DNA from: Gekko japonicus
Lineage: Eukaryota
DNA: 64,000 nucleotides
Reading direction: 5' to 3'
Assembly (NCBI RefSeq): GCF_001447785.1
Contig: NW_015167536.1
Coordinates: 434,001-498,000 of the forward strand
Both the position numbers and the translations under genes were made by a program. Position 1 is the stretch's first letter. Each line of letters begins with the position of its first letter. The notes beneath the pieces are model-generated. The model saw only the letters and a program-made list of their open reading frames with translations. It had not been told where the DNA came from and did not search any database. Below are positions 1-11,400 of this stretch, piece after piece.

Positions 1-59
1 GAAGTTCAGGGTTTTTTGTTCTCTAAAGTGCAGAATTTATAGGTGGGGATTCTTCTTTT

Positions 60-200
60 CTTTATTCTATGTGCGCTGCCCAAATATGGAATGTTTAAAT
101 AGAATCACGTGACGGTGTTGGCCAGTCATAAATTTGGCTTGATGACCCCAGGAGGTTATTGATGGAAGCCCGTGAAACGTATGTGATATGTTGGCATAGC
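60..200 (-). promoter_or_regulatory. HOXC5: HOXC5 proximal promoter / start of 5'UTR (CDS lies left of the window)
   Basis: Minus strand reads GGTCATCAAGCCAAATTTATGACTGG...GTCACGTGATTCTATTTAAACATTCCATATTTGGG. It has a Hox/Cdx site, an E-box CACGTG (106-111) and a TATA-like TATTTAAA (94-101). It resembles the Hox5-group promoter block as I recall it and lies where expected, 3' of HOXC6. Confidence 0.7.
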
Positions 201-252
201 GAAGAAGAAGAAAAAAAGGCCCCACACTCAAAACACCGAGACAATGAGACTA

Positions 253-271
253 TAGCGTCACCTGGTGCCGG
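253..271 (-). promoter_or_regulatory. Candidate CTCF site between HOXC6 and HOXC5
   Basis: Minus strand CCGGCACCAGGTGACGCTA versus the CTCF consensus TGGCCACCAGGGGGCGCTA. The position fits the known Hoxc5|6 boundary. Confidence 0.55.
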
Positions 272-2403
272 GTCTGGGGTATGACGTTTCATAAAATACT
301 ACCCCTCCGTTTAACGCTCCAAGGCTTAAGGGTGTGAAACAACTCAATACGCAGAAACGCCCTTAAGCCTTCCTAAGACTGGAAGGCGAGAGCTCGGGTC
401 CCGTCCGCAGCTATTCGCAGGGATTTTTTTTGCCATTGATGTAGATAATGTGAAATATGGCCGTGAGCAGAAACGCGTGTTATCATATTTCCTCATGTGT
501 GTAGCCCGGATATGAGAAGAACTGTTTTGTTGTGTACATGTGTTGGGTGTGTGTTGAGCGCGCGCGCATCTCAGCTCCAGATAGGTGCCGTGATTTAGCA
601 CAGACATCATTCAGCAAGAGAGCTGGGTTCGAATTCTCTTTAGTTGAGGGAGAGGCCATAGGGACCTAGACATGGGCTGTGTCACCGGCAATGCTCTCAG
701 TAGGCTTTACGTGTGTTCAGATGTGGCTGGTTGTACATGCATGTGCAATGCGGGCTTCACATGCATGCATGTATAATTGATCAACAGATCTGCTTTTTTA
801 AAAAAAAAACACTCATCCATATGCAGCAGATGGAAACCCGGGCTAGATTAATCTTCTGGTCTCCGTGTGAAGTATCTGTGAGCCGTGTTGATATCTGTGT
901 GGCTGCGTGTGCGTGTATCCAATGGCGGTTGTGAATCAAATTGGCCCGGTCATAAATCAACTTTTGTGCCGTGGGTGAATCAAATAAACACACACCTTGT
1001 CTCTCCTCTATATGGTCTGTACGCGGGCACGTGAGAAGCCTGTTTATAAAGCTCCCCCCCCCCTTTCTTTTTTGGTAACACAGAAAAGGTATGTGTTCAC
1101 ATTTCCCTTGCCCCTTTCAAACCTGAGAGTGGCTTTACCCGGCAAATTTCGAGAAATCAAATGCCTTCCTTTTGAGTGTTTAGGAAAACGCCTGAAAACA
1201 TAACAGGATTCCCCCCCCCCCTTTAACTGTGGGGTTTTAACCCCTGGAGGGACCGAGTGTAAACCTAGTTCCGCTCACTTCTGCTCCGATTTTTACATAG
1301 CGTTCGAGGTGTGTGTGTGACTTTAAAACCTCCTCTAGCCCTGCATCTGAAATCTCTTGCACTCTTTTAGAGGCCTTTATATAATCTTTAGCTATTTCCC
1401 CCCCTTTTTTTCTTTTTTTAGACAGGCCTGTAGCCCAAACGTTTAACAGGGAGGAAAGGAACGTGTTTTTATGTACCTATATGTATATCTCGATAAAAGA
1501 TATATTTACTGTACATATTAGATAATCTCATTAAAAATTTTAGTTCTCTCTCTTATACACACGCAGGAAATAAGAAAGAAACAGGGACTCTCTCTCTCTC
1601 CCTCTGTCTATGTCTCCCTCTCAGACACACAGACACACAAACACACAGAGAGAGAATACAACATGTCTACTGATACATACACACCCTAAGACAAACTGGA
1701 AGGGGCTGGCGAGGAACAGAGACGAGAAATTAACAAACGACGTGTATGCTAACCGGGCTTTTGTTTAATTCAGTTGGAGCCTCGGTGGTTTACTGCAACA
1801 TATCAAGAGGCAGCCCGGGCTCCCTAGCCAGTGGGTATACTTAGAAACAAGGATTTCGCTTTCCGATTTGTATGTGTTTCTAAGGTGCCTGTGAGCTAAA
1901 CAGAAGGCGCAAGACAATTCCCGACCCAGCGTCACAATGCCACATGAATGGGTGCAATTGCACACTAGGGTATTTATGGCCAACTGAACTTTTTTTTTTA
2001 AGTGTCTACACTCCAGGGGAGGGGGGGAAGGTTTTCTCCCACTACCCTGTTTGTTACGCCGAAATACATTTCGAAAGGGCTGTAAGGGTTCNNNNNNNNN
2101 NNNNNNNNNNNNNNNNNNNNNNNNNNNNNNNNNNNNNNNNNNNNNNNNNNNNNNNNNNNNNTTTTTTTGGTCTCTGTAATATAGTTTAAAAGAAACATTT
2201 GACCTCGGCGATCAGGAAAGAAGACCTTTGCCTTGGCTACTTGAAATCAGAACGCCGGAAGGGATGGAAACAGGTTTCTCCAGGCAATTGTCCCCGCACA
2301 CAGTCAGCGAAGAGGATCTCTCCACCTTTTGGCGTCTTTCCGCGCCCAATAGACACACACACACACAGAGGCACAGAAAAAGATCCTGAGCGGACTGAAC
2401 CGA

Positions 2404-2445
2404 GAGTAAGCTCCACTGAACTCAGTGGGATTTACTTCTGAGTAA
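2404..2445. repeat. Short imperfect palindromic interspersed repeat
   Basis: Arms gagtaagctccactga / tcagtgggatttactt. The 14 bp at 2432-2445 are the exact reverse complement of 24746-24759. Confidence 0.55.
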
Positions 2446-2608
2446 CTAGGGCTAAGCTGGTAGGGACAGGCGCAGGAGGATACTGGCTCCTGGAGAAAAG
2501 GGAAACCAGGCGCCAGCATCTTGCGCCGGCCTTTCCAACTTGGGGGGTGGGGTGTTCCCCATGAAATTTCAAAAGCCATCCAGTCCATTTTAAAAATAAT
2601 ATCCAGTT

Positions 2609-2614
2609 TTTATT
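2609..2614 (-). terminator. HOXC6: Likely HOXC6 polyadenylation signal AATAAA
   Basis: tttatt on the + strand, about 1 kb past the HOXC6 stop, at the end of an AT-rich 3'UTR block. Confidence 0.6.
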
Positions 2615-3597
2615 AAATACTCAACCATAGTCCTCTGGACGTGACCTTTATACATGATGTTAGAGAGGAGTGTTAACACAATAATGAATTAATTATTATC
2701 ATTATCATTTTCTTCCTACTTGCTCTAATTCCATTCACTTGATACGGATTGAACGTTACAGTGCTAAACAGAAACATAAATACAAGAGACCACAAATACA
2801 GCTAAAAATATTCACACAGAAACTGTCACAGTTTTGTAGTTATGCATCATGACCCCAGGTAGTGTTTAAATACAATTAGTTTACTCTGGAAAGGAAAAAA
2901 AAAATGCTATATTTAGGTAGACATCGCTTAGAGGCTTGGAAGGGGGAAAGTTAATGAAGGAAAGTCTCTCTCTCCCTCTCTCTCTCGCAGGGCTAGGGGA
3001 GTCAATGGTGTCCACCACCCCAGGGATAATCAGAGATTTGGGGAGCGAAACTGCATAGAGTTCATACTGGCATGGTCGGTTTCCAGTGCGGCCAAAGAAG
3101 CAACCTGACAGGGCGCCCTGCCTTTTTGTCAGCACGGGCTCTGTCTTAGGAGAAGGAATGAAGGGGTGGCGGAGTAGGTGGGTGGGGGCGGTTGCATTCA
3201 ATACAGTCCGTATGCAAAGGTAGATAAATAGGCTTGGGGGGGGGATCGGGAGAAAAGGTGGGTGGGGCTGGAAGGTAAAGGGCTGGTGGGGCTTTCTAGG
3301 CAAGAAAGCGAAGGCGATTGGGGACCTGATGGACGAAGTGGGGTGCACCAGGGCTGGAGAGGGGGAGGTGGGGGAGGGGGAGAGGGCAAGGGAGCTCTCC
3401 TCGCGCCCACGCTTGTCTCTCGCTCTCTCTTTCACGCTCTCAGCGTCCGCCCCACGCATACACGGGTGGCAGTGGGAACAGAGGGATGGCACGGAAGGAG
3501 ACCCGCGACGTGGGGCTGAGGGCGGTGGGAGAAAGGGGGACCGTGTGTGTTGGAGGGGAGGGGAGGGGGGGCGAAGGGTGGCCGCGCCGTCCACGGC

Positions 3598-3942
<345 letters not shown>

Positions 3943-4872
3943 TTAGCTACGGACAGACGTGTCTTTTTCAAACAAAATCAGCCACAACAATAAAAAAATG
4001 ACCGGGGGGGGGGGGATGGATGCCCCTCATCTACCCCCCAAACCCCATCCTTCGGTGCCCTGTCTTCATTGTCATCCACCGACACTCCCCCCCACCCACC
4101 CCAAAAACCTAATTCTGTTCCTTAGCCCTGCTGCCCATTAAAACCCTGCAGCACAGGGGGAGAGGGAGGGGAGGCGGCTGGTGTTTAATTGAAAGCGTGT
4201 CCCCATCTTATTTGCAAAGATTCAGAATGTCTTGGCTTTAATTATTTCTCCAAACTTTAAAAAAAAAATCCAATTAGATCTTTACTTCAACGTGGCTTTA
4301 ATTACTAAGAAGAGACACTCCTTCTCATACACGATGAAGGCAAGCCACTCCATAAATCCCCATTTCCCGAACCTGTTATTGGACAAGACATTCTGCATTT
4401 TTTTTCCTCCCCCTTCATAAAAATGCCCTTGCTCACCTCTCAGGGATATATACATATACGTGGGGTGTGTGTGTATGTATACACAGATACAGAGGACACA
4501 ACATATAGAATATACTGGACTATGTATATAAACACACACAGAGAGACAGACACACACCATATATATATATATCCCAGTTCTACTCTGTCCTTCAATTCCA
4601 CCACACCCCCGTTCCAGGAAAAAAAAATCAAAGCCGAATGCACTTTATTATAGATATTTTACACTCTCGAAGTCTTTTAATTAGAAAGAGCATAACAAGC
4701 CATATTTGCTTGCAACAACTTAACAAATAAAAGGCCTGTAGCGGCAACTGTGAGGAAGCTATATTATTGTTTTTATGGGGCCATAAAAAGTAGCTGAGCC
4801 TGTTCTGCTAGGGAGACGGTCGTAAAGATGGTTCAGTTTATTTAATTTATCTCTGCAAGCTGTAAAACTTAC

Positions 4873-5272
4873 CACTGTGGGAGTTCATGCGCTGCATCCA
4901 CGGGTATATCTGAATGCTAGTTTTCTGTTCCTGGGATGTGCTCCTGTTTTGATCCCCTGTAAAATCCTGTGCAATGGAAGTTTGTGTATTGTGTCCCATA
5001 GAATTTTGCCTGCAGCTAGAAAGCATGTCTTTTTCTTGATAAAAGGCATTAGATCCGTAATCATAGGGTCCTCGACTGGAGCTAAAGACAACGTTATCTT
5101 GCGGTGAATAAAAAGGAGATGAATAGATCCTGTTTTGAGCAACCGCGGCTCCATAAGTTGAAAAATGCCTTACAGGGTCATAGGCAGTGGAATTGAGAGC
5201 CACATTGGGCAGCACCTCTTGACCACTGGTGAGGTGGCAAGACAGCGACGGGTTTGTGAAATAGGAATTCAT
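4873..5272 (-). CDS. HOXC6: HOXC6 exon 1
   Basis: [14 protein letters not shown]... with the IYPWMQ hexapeptide. Donor G|GTAAG at 4873/4872; the intron is 964 bp. Confidence 0.97.
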
Positions 5273-5339
5273 ATCTTCCCCCCTATACCTGGCTGTATGA
5301 TTTCTTTAATATTTATTTCTGTCTCCAGTTTGTAGTCTG

Positions 5340-5480
5340 AACTAGATTGTTATAGGGACGGCTCCACTCCAGGACAGACAAAATGACAAAGTCAGCTGAC
5401 CCGTTGTCAGCCAATAGGAAGCTAGATGTCAAGACACGGAAAAATTGCTTTTGCTTGTGTTGATTCCCCAGTTGAAACTA
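5340..5480 (-). promoter_or_regulatory. HOXC6: HOXC6 proximal promoter / 5'UTR
   Basis: Palindrome GTCAGCTGAC (5391-5400) and a CCAAT box (5411-5415), just upstream of the ATG. Confidence 0.55.
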
Positions 5481-8400
5481 AGTATGCATTGAAAGTAAGT
5501 CTCGAAATTCTAAATATAAGATGGTTTAGAAGAAGAGGGGGGGGAGTAAATAGGGTTGGGGGGAGGGGTGGGAGAAGGGGAGGAGGGAGGGGCACAGTTA
5601 AGAAAGAAAGAGAAAGAGAGACTTTCTTTTTTTTTTTTTTAAATCACAATTCGAGTATACTTTTACTTTTTAAAAATTAAATGATTATAGAGATCAGGAT
5701 ATTTGGTTTTCCCCACCTCCCAGTGCTTGCTTAATATCTAGCTACCTAAATAGCCCCGAAATTATAGCCATAAATCTCAAGTGTGCATAAAATATTAAAC
5801 CATAAATTCTCAAAAAAAACCTCCACTAATTTACTGTTGGTCAATAAATGTGGAATCAAGTGCTTGTGTTCCTTACAGGACCATCTTGAAAGGAGGGAAT
5901 GGAAACAGGATGACAACTGGGCAGATATTGTGTGTGTGTGTGTGTGTGTTTTAGGGCATTTCTGTACTTCACAATTTTAAGAACTTTGCAGTCTCTCCCC
6001 CCCTCCCCCACTCTCTCTCTTATATCCAACCACAACATTCTGAGTTCACCTTAAACCTTCTCTTTTAACACATTCCAACTGTTCTGTTTTAAATCTCCGC
6101 TTAGAATTTTTTTCATACAGTTTGGAAACTGCTGGTTGAATGTTTAGTGTCCACCATGAAGAGCTCGTGTTGTCCATTTGCAATGGAGGGTGTTCGAAAG
6201 AGCAGGTCGTGTTTACTTTTGCTCCCCCCCGAAAACCCTAAAAAGACCCCCACACACACCACCCACCCACCCACCCACTATTTATGGCTCCAGATCACTG
6301 TAGCTGATTAGACAACTTCCCTTGAAATGTTTCGTTAGATTAGAGAGGGGATTATATTCTCCTCCTGTGCGGATTTGCGCCGACGCACTAATTGAAATGA
6401 AGACAGCAAATCTAATTTTAATTTCAATCCAGCGCCATAAATTGTTCCTTCAACGTAAAATATACCTGCTGGTCTGTAAATACAGCTAGGCTCCTTCAGC
6501 ATTCCACTGGCTGGCTATTTAAAAATTCAATTAGGGCAAGAAAACCTTGGCCTTATTTCCCATGTACTTGTTCGACGACTTTTGTTTTGTTTTGTGATTT
6601 TAAAGATAGGAATCGGTGTGCATGAAATGAAATCTGATGGCTACCTGGCAAAATGAAGTGCATTTCTCAATGGGTTTTGGCTCGTAATGAATCAATACTT
6701 TTCAGATTCTTCTATGGGAGGGGAGTATCTCTAGCAGATTTTAGTTGGGAATGAAAAGGAACACATCCCCCCCTCACCCCCACCCCCACCCCCTGCTTTA
6801 ACAGAAACCCGGATGCCAAAGGATTTTATGATCTTTTTCCTCTGTGCAACAAAGCAATCAATGGTAGTCATAAAGCCATAAACGAGACTACAGCTGACAG
6901 AAAAGGGTCTCGAGGATTCATCTTGTACAACCTTAAGCATTGCTGGAGTGTTACTATGCAAAAAAACAACAACAACCAAAGTTTCCCCCTCTTTTTCCTT
7001 TTATTTATTTTTTTAAAATAAATGAGGGAAGATGGAAACACTGCAAGGAAGTATGCCGTTTGTTATGACGCTAAGCTCCTCTCCCACTGGAAGAGATCTG
7101 TCTGCTCTCCTGCAGCAGCTGTCATTCAAACTTGTACACATTGAAGACTGGAACACAGGGCGCCCAGGTCCTAGTATGCAGATTTGAGGAGATCCTGTCG
7201 GATTTGTTTTCGCTTCTTCCCTTTCTCAGCTCTTCACGGCATTATTGACAGGGAATTTATGCTTACACCCATACACACACACACCCCTGCTTTCCTAGGA
7301 GGGGGAAAGGCACCATAAGGTAACCCCCACCCCTTACCCAGTCAGAGAGATATACATAACAATGCGTTCAGTGTGCCTTTACATATAGGCATGTGTATAC
7401 GTAGACGGTAGGTCAGGAGACAGGCAGACAGACAAACAAACATAGGACACCGAGAAGACAATGGCATTCATTCCAATTCGAATTGCTCTGAAAACCAATG
7501 GTATTAATTGGACAGCTTAGAAGGTCTCTGTGCATAGTCAACCCGAACTGAAAGCCCCACAGACACCACTCCCCACACACAAAAAATGAATGTTTGAGAA
7601 ATCCCTCTCCTATATACCTGTGTGCTTGTTTGTATTTAGACTGGACAGCGACCAACAACAATAAGAAGACCCTGCAATGTAAATTAACCAGATATTAACA
7701 GACTGCAGGCCTTTGTTTGTGGGATGGTGGGGATTCTCTAGTTTGCTATACTTTTTAAGAAACAAACAACAACAACAACAGTCGTAATCTCAGGGATTCA
7801 GAGTCTTGGTCCAAGGGTGTGGAATCTTTTGCCCAGGTCCTGTTTCAGAGCGACCTGTGTTAACTACCAAGTGACTTGGAGTGGAGAAAGCTAAGTGTTT
7901 TATTACTTTTCTAAACAGAAGAGAAGATGTAAAAGTCTGGTGGAATTATAGGGAAGAGAAACAGCTGGCGTAAAGAAACTCCAGCGTAGGAATGTTCTGC
8001 TCTTTAAATTTGGTAGGGTGGGGAAGAAGGGGCAAGAGAATACATGGACGCAAACAGGGTCCTTACATTCTTCCACCAAGTGTTGTCAGCTAATGGATAT
8101 TTTGCGGAATTGGGGTTCTTTTAAAAATATATTTATTATTAAGATGGTGAGAATATAAATGCAAGGTACTCTCCTCCTTTGCCTTTCTACCTGGGGGGGG
8201 GGGATGTTCAGGGAAATGTGTAGGTCTCTTTCTGGTTAAATTGGTCTGCAAACAATTATGTAAACTCATCAGCAGAAGCAAGAACAGATGTTTTATTAAA
8301 ACTGCTACACAGCAGTGAAAATATGCGCGAGTCCTCTAGTAGTTCTTTAATAGCAGTTGGGTCTCTCTTCCCCCCCCCACGCCGCCCCCTGCAGTTAAAA

Positions 8401-11400
8401 AGCCCACAGAAAGCTGCAATAACATCCCCAGACTCATAAGCTGCTTTCCCTTTTTGTTTTTTACCCCGGATTTTACCCCACAGTGATGGTAAGGAGAAAA
8501 AAAAATCTCTCTCCCTCTCTCTCTCCCTCTCCTGTAATTAGCAAATTGATGAACTGATTTAAAGAAAGGCTTCAAAATGCACACTCAACACATGTGTTTT
8601 CTATCCCACTAATTGCTAGAAGGAAACAAGAGCAATCCTTGAGTGTCCCGTCCCCCCCTCAGCAGCTTGGCAGCTCCCTCCAGGAAGATGCTGTCCGATT
8701 TTGATTTTGTGATTTAAAAACCGAGAATCCAGACCTGTTTATTTGCTTGCCAGCCTGTTTGTTTGTTTGTTTCAAAAGAGAGGGGCTTGGGGACCTGGTG
8801 GGGTTGTCTCTTTATTGAGAAGGCGATCAGCTGAGACAGTTTAACACAAGTGGAGCCCCCCCCCCCCAGCTCCCTAATTTCTCGCCCAGTCTGTTGCCTG
8901 GGCGTAGGAAACTGCTTGTCCACAAATGCAGGTTCTGTGTCTGGTTGGGTTTAAATCTGCATCAAAAATTGCCCGGGGTCAACTGCATTTGTTGGGTTAA
9001 GCAGGCAAGCTGGTTGGGAATAGTTATTTTTCATTGATAGATTGCAAACAACTTCCTCCACTCGCACACCTCCCCTGTCTATCATATGTGCTCATGTTTA
9101 CCCGATGGATTTCACTTATGCACCTATGAGCGTACCACATGCAGAACGAAAAGGCAAAGTAGCTTGTGGACGCGTTTATGCGTACTTGAGCGCGTGAGTC
9201 AAATGAAATGTCTGCGTTTCCAAAGTGAGTAACAAAGTGATTCGCTTCTCCCCTTTAAAAAAAAAAGATTTATATTTATGTGTAAAAACACCAAAAAAGA
9301 GAATCTGCCGATAAAGCCAGATAACAAATAAGTCTGGAATGAGGTCATCTTCTCAACAGGACGGAAAACCCAGGCTATTTCCTTGGTGTCCTATGTAAAT
9401 ACACGTGGTGACTTCAACTGCATACCTCGTTTGAGCTGATCTCACCTTATATATGTTATCTCGGCCTTTTTCGACTTGACATTTATTACAGGCAGGAGCT
9501 TCTCGCCTTGTAATTATTTATTTAGAGCGTTTGCACTCGACTTCTCCCTGCTCCTACAGAACCACCTTCTTAATCAAACCTTGCTTCTGCCCGTAAATAA
9601 CCGGGGGGGGGGGAAGAGTAAAGCCAACTCAGAATACTGGCACAGAGAAACGCCACCGGCCAATTGTGCCCCGACGGATCTGTTTGCCTTGTTATGAACC
9701 GTCCCTTCCATTGACAGTCATTATGTCTCGATTATTTCCAGCATGAGGACTACCGGTTTCAATCAGAGTTTTGGGGTCCCCCACCCTTTTTAAAAACTCA
9801 GCCTTGCTGCAATTGGGATTTCAAGGCTGTTGACAAAAACGCTTTCCAGCGCAGGAAAGTTTAAGACGCCCAAACGAACCATTTTTGTCGACCAAGGTAC
9901 ACACAGCAAGAATTATCAATAATGTCCAGCAAGGGCTTACCCCAGTTCTGTCCCCCCGCCCGATCCTTCCACGATTTCCCTCTCTTGTCGTATAAACTCC
10001 GTTTCTGAGGTTCGTCCTGTAACTTTCTAATTAGTCTTGGCTGGAAGGCGAAAGAGCCCCAAACGGTCCATTTAAAATATGCTATGGTCTTCTAGGGCAA
10101 CGTGGAGCCCTGGTTTCTTTGCGGTCGCCCTGCTATGGCTACAGGAGGGATCTTAAAAACAACCGTTTCCTAACTTCCAGGCAGTTTGGGAAAACATTTT
10201 GCTGTCCATCCCATCCAACTTACCCACAATGCTGCGTGCACTCCCCAAAAGTATGAGGCTCCCAGCTCTAACCTTGATCATTGCAGAAATCGAGCATTTA
10301 CTCGAAAGGAATCCCAGTGGTAACCAGTGGGCTTATTGGAGAGTAGAGAAAAGAGCGTGGAAGGGTGGGGGTGGGCAGAATCGGGGTTTTATTTTTCGAG
10401 CTTGGAAACGCCACGTCCTAACCATAGGGCACGTTTTGGAAAGAGAAAGGGGGTGGGTGGGAATTCTGGAAATGGTCAAAACACACGTTTGCGAATGGAT
10501 GAAGGGACAGGAGTGGCAGGGGGGGGGGGGGGGGAGAGGGAGAGAAATGCGTTTAATACTCTTTCCAATCGATTCCCTTCCTCCTGCTAATAAGGATTCA
10601 AGTTCCTTTTCTGACGTTCCCCAGGAGTTATGCAGACCCCTCCCGCCCGCTTCCCTAATCGATAGGTTGCTGACGCCTAAGCCATCCGCGCCATGCGCAG
10701 GTTCTCTGGTTTATTTGTGGCTCTGCTTATTTATTTCTCCCTCTTTTTCTCTCTTGTCTTCTCATTTCAGATCTTTTGCTTCCTCCTCAACCCCCCAAGG
10801 TTCGAAAAAAATCTTCCGGCTCGCCGGCGGAACTTCACCAGTAACCCACGTATGGTTGCCCAAACATAGCCTCCTGCCTTTTTTAACTCGCCAGAATGCT
10901 GGCTCTCCAATGTTCCAAATCGATTAAAGCTCTTCGTCGGCCTCGAGAACTGTGAACGTGTTTCTGTGTAGTGAATTTGGATACTGGGAGGGGGGGAGGG
11001 TGATTCAAAGTCTGCATATTTAGTTGTTTTCTGTTTTTATTATTATTATTATTATTTTAAAAAATATTTATTGTGCTTTGAAAGGATACAGGGCCTAACA
11101 GTTCAAGGACTAACAATATTATTGGTTGATTTGAATCGTTGGAGGATTTTATTATTATTATTATTATTATTTTGTTAGCTCCTGTGGAATGTCTCTTATA
11201 GCCCAATAGCCTAGCAAACTTCACCAAAAGGATGTTCAGTTTCGAGAACTTTATGGTTGACTCAGATTACTCCGTTTTATGGCACGGAAATGTGCTCCGC
11301 AATGATCCCCCCTCCTTCTCTTTTGACATTCAGGAGAGTTGCGGTCGTGACGTCACGCCGAGTTGTCATGGAGAATAGCTACCGGCTTAAAAATTATAAA

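Noticed and set aside
2043-2050. 8mer miR-10 seed match on the minus strand
   Set aside because: It lies beyond the likely HOXC6 polyA signal, so it is probably not in the mRNA.
2881-3594. 237-aa ORF on the minus strand
   Set aside because: It is the C-rich HOXC6 3'UTR read out of context; low complexity with no recognisable domain.
10199-10927. 242-aa ORF on the + strand
   Set aside because: Non-ATG start, crosses G homopolymers and has no protein-like motif; most likely a chance ORF.
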